Below, one piece after another: positions 9,508 through 18,864 of a stretch of DNA of 37,100 bases. Under the pieces are notes generated by a model. The model was not told the DNA's origin. It saw only the letters and a program-made list of their open reading frames with translations, and ran no database searches. Position numbers and translations under genes: made by a program. The DNA comes from an uncultured bacterium (lineage in GTDB: Bacteria; Auribacterota; UBA6266), in contig CBDURG010000002.1 in the NCBI GenBank assembly GCA_965369805.1, forward strand, positions 1 to 37,100, in the 5' to 3' direction. Numbering within the stretch: position 1 is the stretch's first letter; every line of letters starts with the position of its first letter.

Positions 9508-10449
9508 TCAATTTTCAATATCGTATTCATCCGAAATGACAGCTCTTCCTTCCCGAAGCAGCTGCTGCCCCATAATAACAACCTTTTCTCCCCGGGAAAG
9601 GCCCTCTTTGACCTGAAAATAAGAGCCTTCTCTGTAACCTAATTTAATATTCCTTTTATTTGCTATTCCATCTTTAACAACATAAACATAAGTATTCGGT
9701 TCTTTTCCTGAAATTGCCTCTTTTAAGATAACCGGTACATCTTCAAACCTTTTTAAAACTAATTTAATCCTGGCATACATTCCGGGCTTCAGATCATGAG
9801 CCGCATTGTCTATACCAATAGTGACGGAAGCAGCACGGGTCGAGGTATCAATTATAGGGCTTATCTTTGTTACAGCCCCCATAAAAACCCTGCCGGGGTA
9901 AGCGTCAGCGGTAACCTTGGCTTTCTGCCCCACAGTAAGCTCCGGAAAGTAAACTTCAGGTATATCGAGTTTTATTTCCACCTCATCCATATCCGCAACA
10001 ACAGCTACCTGTACGGAAGGGCTTACATGGTCACCTACATCAACTAAAATATCCCCTATTATTCCCGCAATCGGACTTTCCACAGGTGCCTTCTCGTATT
10101 CAAACCCAATCTCATCCCTATCGATATAAAATATAGCATCACCTTTTTTTACGCTGTCTCCTTCCTTTTTCAACTCATTTATTATCTTGCCGTCAACTTT
10201 CGGAAAGACTTCAGCCATGTTTTTCGCTTCAATATCTCCCACATAATCAAGAGCATTTTCTATATCAGATAAATTTACTTCCATAACTCTTACGGGAACT
10301 TTAACTTCAATTTTTTCGACATTTTCTTCTTTTGAAGAACTTGCTATTTTTGATTTAACTCTCTTCACTATGCCAAGGTTGTTTTCAGCCAGTATGCCCA
10401 AAACAAAACAAATCAAAGCTATCAAAAAAATAATCGGTTTTATTCTCAT
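9508..10449 (-). CDS. RND periplasmic adaptor (membrane fusion protein)
   Basis: N-terminal TM segment, lipoyl-like half motifs (EGDSVKKGD, SPIAG), LKPGMYA, GLSRGEKVV. Confidence 0.9.
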   Translation of the reverse strand: MRIKPIIFLIALICFVLGILAENNLGIVKRVKSKIASSSKEENVEKIEVKVPVRVMEVNLSDIENALDYVGDIEAKNMAEVFPKVDGKIINELKKEGDSVKKGDAIFYIDRDEIGFEYEKAPVESPIAGIIGDILVDVGDHVSPSVQVAVVADMDEVEIKLDIPEVYFPELTVGQKAKVTADAYPGRVFMGAVTKISPIIDTSTRAASVTIGIDNAAHDLKPGMYARIKLVLKRFEDVPVILKEAISGKEPNTYVYVVKDGIANKRNIKLGYREGSYFQVKEGLSRGEKVVIMGQQLLREGRAVISDEYDIEN

Positions 10450-10460
10450 TTGAAAATCCC

Positions 10461-12044
10461 CTATTCTTCTAATCTTATTTTATTTTTTATGAAGACAACC
10501 CCGCTCGCTTTATCAAGTTTTACCAGCGCTATTTGATAACTGGTAACAGCTCTTAAGTGCTCCAGCTTTGCTTCCGAAAGATTATCCTGGTAATCCAGAA
10601 TATCGTGAGTGCTTACCTGTCCGGCATTAAACCTTTTCTTTTGAGCTTCATAATTTTTTATCGCGGTATCTTTAAAAAGGCCGGCTGCTTCTACCTGACG
10701 CTTTTGGGCTTCAACTTCTCTTACTTTATTCCTAAGGTCGAGGATTATGTTGTGCTCGAGGTTTTTTAATCCCAGAAGAGCTATTGCCTTTTCAAGTTGA
10801 CGTTTCTCATGCTCAGCTCTTTCTCCTCCGCCCCATGGGATTTCAAGCTTTATTCCCGCATACCAGTCCTTATGCTTATAATCGATATTTTCAACTGCCT
10901 TTTTGACATCTCTGCCCAGCCCGTTCAAACCAAAGCTACCCGTTAAATCCAGCGTCGGAAGAGCAGCATTTTCTGCCACTTTAATCCTGATATTATTATT
11001 TTGCAGGGATATCATTATGGCTTTATAATCGGGGCGGTATTCAAAAGCATTCTTTAACTCATCAACAAGGTCCACTTCAACAATATCAAAAACAGGGCTG
11101 TCAACAAACTCAAGCTTTGCGTTCCACAGCCTTGAGTCACTAACAAGATTAGTAATGAATTTAAGCTGGTCTTCCGTGTTTCTCATTGCGGACTCGCTTT
11201 CTATAACATAGCTCATTCTTCCGGCTTCAGCGCTTTCTGACTCGAGAAGCTCCACCGAACTGACAAGCCCTTTTTCATAGCGCTTTTTATTTATCCTGTA
11301 AAGTTCCCGCGCAAGCTTTAAATGGTCTTTGGCTATATCATGGGCATCCCTCGCGAATATGCAATTAAAGTAGATCTCTTTTGTTTCTGAAACTATATTC
11401 ATCACGGTTTGTTGAAATTCCTCGGAGCTTACAGCATAATTATTTTGAGAAATAACAATTTCGGCTCTGTTTATATATGTTCCAAAATCCCTTAAAAGCG
11501 GCTGTGTAACAGTTAAACCGGCCTCTGACAAATAAGAAGGATTATATTTAAAACTGCCGGAATTGGATTTATCCCGGTTATTATTAAAATAGAGTTCGTA
11601 TGTCGCGCCTGTAATAATTTTGCCGCTGATTCCAAAATCCAGATTGCCGGTTCTGTAAGTATCTCTTTCTTCCGGCACGCTTAAAACAACATTGCCCAGC
11701 ATTACAGGAAGACTGTTTGACGGATCGGAGCTGTCCGTAAAGTTAAGCTCTGTTGTAAACTCAGGCTCAAACTCAGCCCCGGCTATTTCAATATCTTCAC
11801 TGAACAGGTACGAATTTTTGCGGCTGATTTCAATCTCAAGATTATTTTTAAGAGAATATTCAATACATTCGTTAAGAGAAACGGCCAAAACTTTATCATC
11901 TCCAGCACTTTCAATAAAATCTTCCTTGTCGAATTTGCCAACTAATTCTTTGATTTCGGCTTCTGTCTCCGCGGCCAAGGGAGAGCAAAGAACACAACAA
12001 ACCAAAATAACTAAAAATGGTATATAACCTCTTTTATCTCTCAT
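10461..12044 (-). CDS. TolC-family outer membrane efflux channel
   Basis: Signal peptide, SLNECIEYSLKNN, QPLLRDFG, YEKGLVS, RPD and LPTLDL repeats. Confidence 0.9.
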   Translation of the reverse strand: MRDKRGYIPFLVILVCCVLCSPLAAETEAEIKELVGKFDKEDFIESAGDDKVLAVSLNECIEYSLKNNLEIEISRKNSYLFSEDIEIAGAEFEPEFTTELNFTDSSDPSNSLPVMLGNVVLSVPEERDTYRTGNLDFGISGKIITGATYELYFNNNRDKSNSGSFKYNPSYLSEAGLTVTQPLLRDFGTYINRAEIVISQNNYAVSSEEFQQTVMNIVSETKEIYFNCIFARDAHDIAKDHLKLARELYRINKKRYEKGLVSSVELLESESAEAGRMSYVIESESAMRNTEDQLKFITNLVSDSRLWNAKLEFVDSPVFDIVEVDLVDELKNAFEYRPDYKAIMISLQNNNIRIKVAENAALPTLDLTGSFGLNGLGRDVKKAVENIDYKHKDWYAGIKLEIPWGGGERAEHEKRQLEKAIALLGLKNLEHNIILDLRNKVREVEAQKRQVEAAGLFKDTAIKNYEAQKKRFNAGQVSTHDILDYQDNLSEAKLEHLRAVTSYQIALVKLDKASGVVFIKNKIRLEE

Positions 12045-12052
12045 AAAAATAT

Positions 12053-12502
12053 CTACCTCTGTTCAACTGATTTATCAATCTCTTTTGTAACTTCATAGAG
12101 CATTTCATAAGCCTTATAAAATTTATCTCTGTTTTTGGGGCTAAGAATTTTGAAGATTTTCTCAAAGTGCTCTTTTGCCATCTGATGAAAATCAGATATG
12201 ACTTTTTTCCCTTTTGGTCCAATGGTAATAATCACCTGCCTCCTGTTCTCCTTATCCAACGCCCTGTTAAGATATTTTCCCATTACCATCCTGTCAACCA
12301 TCTCAGACGTAGTGCTTTTTGCTATATCAAGAGCCAAACTTAATCCGTTTAAAGTCGACTTCTCTATAGCGTCAATGTAAAGGATTGCTTTAAACTGGTT
12401 GAGGGTTACATCCATGTTCTTCGTTAATGACGCGCTAACCGAATGATAAGACTTTATTATATGGGGAAACATCTCAGTTAATTTTTCCAGCTTCTTTTCC
12501 AT
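12053..12502 (-). CDS. MarR-family transcriptional regulator
   Basis: TLNQF..L, KSTTSEMVDRM, D.ENRRQV...GPKG winged-HTH; heads the efflux operon. Confidence 0.88.
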   Translation of the reverse strand: MEKKLEKLTEMFPHIIKSYHSVSASLTKNMDVTLNQFKAILYIDAIEKSTLNGLSLALDIAKSTTSEMVDRMVMGKYLNRALDKENRRQVIITIGPKGKKVISDFHQMAKEHFEKIFKILSPKNRDKFYKAYEMLYEVTKEIDKSVEQR

Positions 12503-12557
12503 AATACATCCTTTCGGAGCTTAGACTATTCTATTTACGAACATTCCCAATATTGAA

Positions 12558-12586
12558 ATATTAGCACACACGAACATACCTGTCAA
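12558..12586 (-). promoter_or_regulatory. sigma70 promoter of the MarR-RND operon with a candidate operator
   Basis: TTGACA-N17-(TGc)TAATAT on the minus strand. ATGTTCGT occurs twice (12570-12577 in the spacer and 12537-12544), as expected for repressor boxes. Confidence 0.6.
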
Positions 12587-12653
12587 GATTAAAAGAACTA
12601 TCTGCCTATCCGCCCTTAACAAATAGTTAGAAAAGAAAAAAAAGAGAATAACA

Positions 12654-12814
12654 TCTCGCAAAGGCGCAAAGACCGCAAAGGAAAAAATAAAAAAGTTTAT
12701 AAGTTTAAGCATTAAAGAAAACAAATAGATTCGAGAAATTGTCAGAACAGTTAGTAAAGAAAAAAGGGGAATTTAAAAACTAAAAATCTTGGCGTGCTTC
12801 CCGGCTTGGCGGGA
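12654..12814. repeat. imperfect inverted-repeat element with (CGCMAAG)x3 arms around an A-rich core
   Basis: Left arm 12654-12680 is TCTCGCAAAGGCGCAAAGACCGCAAAG. The reverse complement of the right arm 12788-12814 is TCCCGCCAAGCCGGGAAGCACGCCAAG. Confidence 0.45.
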
Positions 12815-12868
12815 AATTAAAAGATTTTCAGTCTATTAAAATCGATGTGATTTTCATGAAGATTCAAG

Positions 12869-13960
12869 CTATAATTCTTTTTTTTGATAGAAATTTTCCA
12901 GTTTTTTCCAGGCCTTATCATCAACAATACCGGTGATTTTTAGATTGTTCTGTGCTTGAAATTTTCGGATTGCTTCTCTGGTTTTCGGCCCCTTTATGCC
13001 GTCAATAGGACCTGGATTAAACCCTGACTTCTTTAACAAAATTTGAATGTTGCGCGTGTCATGTACAATATTATTATTTGGATCCAGTAAAACTGTATTT
13101 AGCCCAAAGGCATAATCCAGAAGCCTGTTCAAATCCGCCCATACGGGTTTCTTACTCTTTAGAAGCGCCACAATCACGCGTTTGCCGCCATATACAGCAT
13201 AGCCGGCATAACAATGTCCTGCCGCTTTTGTAAAACCGGTTTTGCCAATCACCATTCCGGAATACTGCCATAAAAATCTGTTCTTAGTCTTAAGCTTAAC
13301 TTCTCTTACAGCCATCATTGGGCAGTCAGAAAGCAGGGATTTGTTAATATCGGCGGGAATTACTCCATCTTGGGGATGGTATACCTTAATTTTATCATCC
13401 GGCCTTTTCATTATATCTATGAAACGCGGATAAGTTATACACCGCTGAACTATAATGGATAAATCTCTTACGGTAGTATATTGCCCTTTTAGCGGAAGCC
13501 CATGCGAGTTGGCGAATTTTGAATTTATCGCACCGGCTTTTGCTGCTATAAGATTCATTCTTTTAACAAATCCTTGTTCTGTTAGCGCGATATTTTCAGC
13601 GAGCGCGACAGAAGCATCATTTGCCGAAGCCAAAAGAGCAGCCTTTAAAAGTGATTCTCTTGTAAGAATGTCCCCGCTTTGAAGATTTATCCTGCTTGGG
13701 AGCGCTGCTGCTGCTTTTGAACTCACGAAAGCAACATTATCAAGGCCGGCATCCTCAAATACCACCAGAGCAGTTGCCAGTTTAGCTGTGGACGCCGGTA
13801 AAAGCTTCTCGTCCGGATTCTTTGAATAAATAACCTCGTTTTTATCCAAATCAATTACAATGGCAGCACGTGCCGCGATATCCGGGCTGGAAGGCTCAGC
13901 ATCAGCAATGCCATTAAACACAAAACTTATGAGAATAATATAAAAAAAAATTCTTTTCAT
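12869..13960 (-). CDS. D-alanyl-D-alanine carboxypeptidase (peptidase S11) with C-terminal peptidoglycan-binding domain
   Basis: Signal peptide; SxxK (PASTAK), SxN (SAND), HGL, GKTGFT; C-terminal PG_binding_1 (GFNPGPIDGIKGPKTREAIRKFQ). Alternative GTG start at 13966. Confidence 0.88.
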   Translation of the reverse strand: MKRIFFYIILISFVFNGIADAEPSSPDIAARAAIVIDLDKNEVIYSKNPDEKLLPASTAKLATALVVFEDAGLDNVAFVSSKAAAALPSRINLQSGDILTRESLLKAALLASANDASVALAENIALTEQGFVKRMNLIAAKAGAINSKFANSHGLPLKGQYTTVRDLSIIVQRCITYPRFIDIMKRPDDKIKVYHPQDGVIPADINKSLLSDCPMMAVREVKLKTKNRFLWQYSGMVIGKTGFTKAAGHCYAGYAVYGGKRVIVALLKSKKPVWADLNRLLDYAFGLNTVLLDPNNNIVHDTRNIQILLKKSGFNPGPIDGIKGPKTREAIRKFQAQNNLKITGIVDDKAWKKLENFYQKKEL

Positions 13961-14032
13961 TTTCACACATTTAACTTATCAAATCGTCAATATTTATTCT
14001 ATGCTTTTTGCTTTGTCCCTTATTTTAAAACA

Positions 14033-14061
14033 TTGACATATTAAATAAACAGGCATATAAA
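14033..14061 (+). promoter_or_regulatory. sigma70 promoter for guaA
   Basis: TTGACA-N17-TATAAA, 30 nt before the ATG. Confidence 0.65.
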
Positions 14062-14090
14062 GTAATGATATTCAACAAAGAGAGGCATTG

Positions 14091-15620
14091 ATGATAGCTG
14101 TCCTTGATTTTGGTTCACAGTATAATCAGCTTATAGCAAGAAGGGTTCGTGAGCTCAAGGTTTACAGTAAAATAATGCCTTATAACACGACGGCAAAGGA
14201 GCTCTCCGGCATGAATTGCTCAGGGATAATTCTTTCCGGCGGGCCATCAAGTGTTTATTCCAAAAACGCGCCTTTCCCTGATAAAAATATTTTTAAGCTT
14301 GATATCCCGATTTTAGCGATATGTTACGGGATGCAGGTAATGTCATATATCCTGGAAGGAAAAGTAGTTTCAAGCAAGAAAAGGGAATACGGGTACGCTG
14401 AACTTTCTACAGACAGGCGTTCTCCCCTTTTCAAAGACATCAAGAAAAAAACAAAAGTCTGGATGAGCCACCAGGATAGAATAACTAAACTTCCCACCGG
14501 CTTTAAATCAATCGGAGAAACAAAAAACGCCCCTGTCGCGGCAATGTCAGACGCTTCCAGAAAGTTTTATGCCCTGCAATTTCATCCTGAAGTCGAACAT
14601 ACCCTGGAAGGAAAAAAAATATTTTCCAATTTCATAAAAGACATATGTAAGTGCAAGCATAGCTGGACCATAAAATCCTTTATTGAAACCGAAATTGAAA
14701 AAACAAGGGCTTTGGCCGGGAACAAAAAGGTTGTTCTCGGGCTTTCCGGAGGCGTTGATTCTTCCGTTGCTGCCGTTCTCCTGCATAAAGCAATCAAAAA
14801 CAATTTGCACTGTATTTTCGTAGACCATGGTCTTCTTAGGAAAAATGAAGCCAGAAAAGTAGAAAAACTGTTTCGGGAACACTATAAAATAAATCTTGTA
14901 ACAGTTAACGCTTCTTCCACGTTCCTTAAAAAATTGAACGGTGTAACTAATCCCGAGAAAAAAAGAAAAATCATCGGCAAAACCTTTATTGATGTTTTTA
15001 AAAAATCCGCGAAAAGGATCGGCAAGGTGGAATTTCTTGCTCAGGGAACACTTTATCCTGACGTCATAGAAAGTATCTCCGCGAAGGGGGGCCCGTCCGC
15101 GACAATAAAAAGCCATCACAATGTAGGCGGTCTTCCCAAAAAGTTAAAATTCAAGCTTATAGAACCGCTCAGGGACCTTTTTAAAGATGAGGTAAGAAAT
15201 CTTGGAAAGGAACTCGGTATGCCCGACGAGCTCATCTGGAGGCATCCTTTCCCGGGACCGGGCCTGGCCGTAAGAATCCTCGGAGAAATAACAAAAAGCA
15301 GGATCAGGCTCCTTCAGGAAGCCGACAGCAAGTTTATGGATGAAATAAAGAAAGCCGGGCTCTACAGGCATATCTGGCAGGCATTTACTGTCCTGCTTCC
15401 GGTAAAAACAGTCGGTGTCATGGGAGATGAAAGAACATATGAAAACGTTATCGTAATAAGGGCAGTTACAAGTTCAGACGGCATGACCGCCGACTGGGCA
15501 CGCATTCCATATGACACTTTAAGCAGCATTTCTAACCGCATAATAAATGAGGTCAAAGGCATCAATAGGGTTGTCTATGACATCTCTTCAAAGCCTCCAA
15601 GTACAATCGAATGGGAATAA
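14091..15620 (+). CDS. guaA: GMP synthase (glutamine-hydrolysing)
   Basis: [59 protein letters not shown]. Confidence 0.98.
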   Translation: MIAVLDFGSQYNQLIARRVRELKVYSKIMPYNTTAKELSGMNCSGIILSGGPSSVYSKNAPFPDKNIFKLDIPILAICYGMQVMSYILEGKVVSSKKREYGYAELSTDRRSPLFKDIKKKTKVWMSHQDRITKLPTGFKSIGETKNAPVAAMSDASRKFYALQFHPEVEHTLEGKKIFSNFIKDICKCKHSWTIKSFIETEIEKTRALAGNKKVVLGLSGGVDSSVAAVLLHKAIKNNLHCIFVDHGLLRKNEARKVEKLFREHYKINLVTVNASSTFLKKLNGVTNPEKKRKIIGKTFIDVFKKSAKRIGKVEFLAQGTLYPDVIESISAKGGPSATIKSHHNVGGLPKKLKFKLIEPLRDLFKDEVRNLGKELGMPDELIWRHPFPGPGLAVRILGEITKSRIRLLQEADSKFMDEIKKAGLYRHIWQAFTVLLPVKTVGVMGDERTYENVIVIRAVTSSDGMTADWARIPYDTLSSISNRIINEVKGINRVVYDISSKPPSTIEWE

Positions 15621-15625
15621 GATAG

Positions 15626-15712
15626 TGGTGCCGGAGACCGGACTTGAACCGGTACAGCCTTTTGGGCCGAGGGATTTTAAGTCCCTTGTGTCTGCCATTC
15701 CACCACTCCGGC
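15626..15712 (-). tRNA. tRNA-Leu(TAA)
   Basis: GCCGGAGTGGTGGAATGGCAGACACAAGGGACTTAAAATCCC...GGTTCAAGTCCGGTCTCCGGCACCA; long variable arm and encoded CCA. Confidence 0.95.
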
Positions 15713-15788
15713 TGGAGGCGGCGAGCGGACTCGAACCGCTGAATAAAGGTTTTGCAGACCTCTCCCTTAACCACTTGGGTACGCCGCC
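15713..15788 (-). tRNA. tRNA-Cys(GCA)
   Basis: GGCGGCGTACCCAAGTGGTTAAGGGAGAGGTCTGCAAAACCT...GGTTCGAGTCCGCTCGCCGCCTCCA; U73 discriminator and encoded CCA. Confidence 0.95.
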
Positions 15789-15810
15789 ATAGGGAATTAA
15801 CAACCCGCAA

Positions 15811-15839
15811 AATCTATCATAAGAGCATTTTATAGTCAA
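15811..15839 (-). promoter_or_regulatory. sigma70 promoter for tRNA-Cys/Leu
   Basis: TTGACT-N17-(TGa)TAGATT, about 22 nt upstream of tRNA-Cys. Confidence 0.6.
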
Positions 15840-16007
15840 CAGAAAAGCCGTATTTTGGGGTAGTAAAATATTTAAAAACCTCATTTTTAATTTTTAAATG
15901 CTGATTTTATCCGCGCTAATCCCCTGCTATTTCGCCTCGCATAACAGTTTACCCGGTTTTTAAAGAAAGCAGTTAGACTTTCCTGAACAGGGGGTCATAA
16001 TTATTAT

Positions 16008-16041
16008 CAAACCGCTGAGGACTATAGTCTACGTCCCATTT
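16008..16041. repeat. 34-bp dispersed repeat, copy 1 (palindromic core GACTATAGTC)
   Basis: CAAACCGCTGAGGACTATAGTCTACGTCCCATTT; 31/34 identical to the reverse complement of 37024-37057. Confidence 0.8.
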
Positions 16042-16082
16042 ATCTTTTTTTATTTTCTCCGTACTCTTTGTGTCTTCTTTGT

Positions 16083-18122
16083 TTAATCTTTTCCTTTAAA
16101 AAACTTGTCAGCAATTTCCTTAATCTGCGGATTATCCCCGTCAAGCTCCAATGCCTCGGACATATATTCTTCCGCTTCCTTCTCTTTCCCCGCCGACTTA
16201 TAGATTAAAGCAATATTCGCGAGAATACTTGCTTCGTCTGTCTCATACTTTCTCACATTATCTAACACGTTTTGATTGACTTTTCCGAGGCTTTCGTTCA
16301 CAGTATTTTCTTTATAAGCCCTTACAAGCTTTAAAGCACCCTCGATCCATTTTTCTGCTTTCTCTTTATCGCCTAGCTTGAACAACAAGGTTCCGCAATT
16401 AAACGCGGCATTGTAATTCGTATCATCATACTCAAAAATGGAAAGATTCGCCTTAAGTGCAGAGACATAGTCATTTTTCAGTGTATAAATCATTCCCAGG
16501 TTTATACGACTCTCGGAATGATAGGGATTATGCTTAAGGTATCGAAGATAGAGCGCCTCGGCTTCATCATACCTGCTCAATTCAAGATACGCATTTGCCT
16601 TGTTATAAAGCGTGTGACCGTAATACGGGCTTATTCCAAGTATGAAATCATAAAGGTTTACCGCGTTTTCGTAATTTCCGAGCCGCCCTTCGATATAAGC
16701 CGCCATCGTTATCGCGGAAGCATTATACGGCTGTTCTTCAAGCCCTTTCCTAAAATAAAATGTCCCCTTCTGGAAGGACTCTTCAACCTTTGCATCAGCA
16801 GCCCTGGCAAAACAATATTCTGACATAATAGCCGATTTCAGGAATGCGAAAATCAATACGCCTGCAATAGCTAAAAAGACAACATACAAAGTTTTTTTAA
16901 AAACTATATTTCCAGCCTTAATACTTGTGCCGGGAGCAAAAGATGCCGCAACCCCCAGCAACATCCATAGATATGGCGCAAAATATTCAACATTCTGGTT
17001 TATGTTAAAAAGATTATATAAATACGTAACCACCAAAGCCGAAAAAACACCAGCCGCAAGATAAGAATGCCGGGAGGGTTTTAATGCTTCCCTGCCCAGC
17101 TTATACAGCAAAGAACCTATAAAAATCATTAGAAATATGAACCCGGGTAAGCCGGATTCCGCGATAATTTCAGGGAAATAGCTATGCGCGTGATTTGTAA
17201 CATCCGCTGAAAGCGGTAACTTGAAATACTCCGGCGTAATATATTCGGGGTAGGACAGAAGATAAGTATACGGCCCGGCCCCCAGAATCAGGTTATCCTT
17301 GATAAGCGCGAATGTTCCCCTGTAAATCTGGTATCTTATTGCCGCTGTCCCGTTGTTTCCTCCACTTTTTTCAAGAAACAAAACTAAACTGAGCCCGGTT
17401 ACAGCAAAAAAAACAATAACCAGGATGGCCAACTTCCTCCACTTCTTATAAATTAAACTTATCGGAAGAAGTATCGCAACTCCGCAAACAAGCATGGCGG
17501 TTTTTGATTTTGTAAAGTAAAGAGCCAGAAGGTTAGCCAGAAACGCAAGGCCCCACAAAGAAACCATTACCCTGTTTTTCTTCCATTCTTTAAGATACCC
17601 GGCAATAATCACTATAATAATAGGGATAGCAACCAGAAAAATATTTGAAAGAAAGAGGGTGTTACCAAAGAATATCCTTAATCTCCAAGGCCTGTAAAAA
17701 AAAACAATTATCAGTCCGTACACCGCAAAAACAGTCGAAGAATAAACAAAAAGCTTAACAAAAAAACTTTTTAAATCGGGATTTGACACAAGAATATACT
17801 TGGAAAAAGCGTAAATAAGGACAACAGAAAGGTAGATAACCCATCCTCTGCGGGCAAACCCCGTGAAATCTGAAGTTAAAGCGCACAATCCTAAATAAAA
17901 CAAAAACAGCAGAAGAAAAATATCGTTTTTGTCAAAAAGATATACTCCCTTATCTCTTCTGAGGTTCCAGAGGTAATATATGATAAAAAATAGAAGGACA
18001 AACTGGCCTATATATAACTTCCCCATAAAAGGATTTATCAGACCCGGTATCCCAAGAAAAGGAAACAGAAAGATATACAGTGCCAGCAGAGAAATAACTG
18101 TTATATTCAAGTTAATTTTCAA
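16083..18122 (-). CDS. O-antigen ligase/Wzy_C-family membrane protein with C-terminal TPRs (candidate pilin O-oligosaccharyltransferase)
   Basis: About 12 TM segments; FFGNT, TKSK, IRYQIY...LILGAGP, HAHS...AESGLPG; TPR-like helical repeats from about aa 440; TTG start. Confidence 0.8.
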   Translation of the reverse strand: MKINLNITVISLLALYIFLFPFLGIPGLINPFMGKLYIGQFVLLFFIIYYLWNLRRDKGVYLFDKNDIFLLLFLFYLGLCALTSDFTGFARRGWVIYLSVVLIYAFSKYILVSNPDLKSFFVKLFVYSSTVFAVYGLIIVFFYRPWRLRIFFGNTLFLSNIFLVAIPIIIVIIAGYLKEWKKNRVMVSLWGLAFLANLLALYFTKSKTAMLVCGVAILLPISLIYKKWRKLAILVIVFFAVTGLSLVLFLEKSGGNNGTAAIRYQIYRGTFALIKDNLILGAGPYTYLLSYPEYITPEYFKLPLSADVTNHAHSYFPEIIAESGLPGFIFLMIFIGSLLYKLGREALKPSRHSYLAAGVFSALVVTYLYNLFNINQNVEYFAPYLWMLLGVAASFAPGTSIKAGNIVFKKTLYVVFLAIAGVLIFAFLKSAIMSEYCFARAADAKVEESFQKGTFYFRKGLEEQPYNASAITMAAYIEGRLGNYENAVNLYDFILGISPYYGHTLYNKANAYLELSRYDEAEALYLRYLKHNPYHSESRINLGMIYTLKNDYVSALKANLSIFEYDDTNYNAAFNCGTLLFKLGDKEKAEKWIEGALKLVRAYKENTVNESLGKVNQNVLDNVRKYETDEASILANIALIYKSAGKEKEAEEYMSEALELDGDNPQIKEIADKFFKGKD

Positions 18123-18172
18123 TCTAATATACCGTTTTTAATATCCTACCAATTTTTCTTAAATCCGCGTAC

Positions 18173-18214
18173 AAAAAAAAACGCACCCGAAAATAAAATC
18201 CGGGCGCGTTTTTT
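18173..18214 (-). terminator. intrinsic terminator downstream of the prepilin gene
   Basis: Minus strand: CGCGCCCG-loop-CGGGTGCG followed by T9; the stem needs one G-U pair. Confidence 0.75.
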
Positions 18215-18227
18215 ATCAATCTAAGCA

Positions 18228-18716
18228 TTATTCTTCCGTATTACCATCTGGACACCATTTTGCATTACTGCCGATATAAACACAGTTGGAACCATCACCG
18301 TTGTGGTTAGCGGTGGAAAAATCCCAGGCTACACCAGAATCAGAATCGTCCGTTGCAGACAGGCCATGTTTGTAACGATAACTCATGTCATCACCATTAC
18401 CAGCAGTCAATAACCCGATCGAATCAGAAACACTATCCGTTGTACTGGGACATTCAAAAACACCCAGGCTTGATGCATATGTATCATACAAAGGTTGCAG
18501 ATCATTGTCAGAGCCAGTATCCACAAAAGAGTCATTATAGTCCGATGCATACATGTGAAGCGATGTTCCTATCTGCTTCAGGTTTGAAATACAGTTCACC
18601 CTTCTGGCTTGTTCCCTTGCTCTGCCTAACGCGGGCAAAAGCATTCCGGCAAGAATAGCTATAATTGCGATAACAACCAGAAGTTCGATCAGGGTAAAAC
18701 CCTTCATTCTTTTCAT
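18228..18716 (-). CDS. prepilin-type N-terminal cleavage/methylation protein (PVC DUF1559-like)
   Basis: KG|[50 protein letters not shown]-terminal H-X9-IG (variant of H-X9-DG); strong GGAGG RBS. Confidence 0.9.
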   Translation of the reverse strand: MKRMKGFTLIELLVVIAIIAILAGMLLPALGRAREQARRVNCISNLKQIGTSLHMYASDYNDSFVDTGSDNDLQPLYDTYASSLGVFECPSTTDSVSDSIGLLTAGNGDDMSYRYKHGLSATDDSDSGVAWDFSTANHNGDGSNCVYIGSNAKWCPDGNTEE

Positions 18717-18820
18717 GTTAACTACCTCCTTTCCTTTTTTTTTACGATTTCTGTAAACCTAACGTCTTCTACCTACACCTACAGTAGACCATATTTAATA
18801 AACTAATGCAATAGGGGCAC

Positions 18821-18837
18821 TGCGTGAAAATGACGCA
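18821..18837. promoter_or_regulatory. palindromic operator candidate TGCGT-N7-ACGCA upstream of the prepilin gene
   Basis: TGCGTGAAAATGACGCA has the same geometry as the NtrC site TGCAC-N7-GTGCA and lies just upstream of a minus-strand TTGCAT (-35-like) hexamer. Confidence 0.45.
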
Positions 18838-18864
18838 TCCAGCCCACAGGTCCGGGGTATGAAC

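Noticed and set aside
12521-12724. 67-aa hydrophobic ORF upstream of MarR
   Set aside because: It is a translation of A/T-rich repeat and promoter DNA, and it spans the predicted promoter.
15547-15884. Short ORFs over the tRNA region
   Set aside because: They are explained by the two tRNA genes.
18807-18821. sigma54 promoter for the pilin gene
   Set aside because: The invariant -24 GG is AG, so it is not called as functional and is mentioned only as a possible relic.
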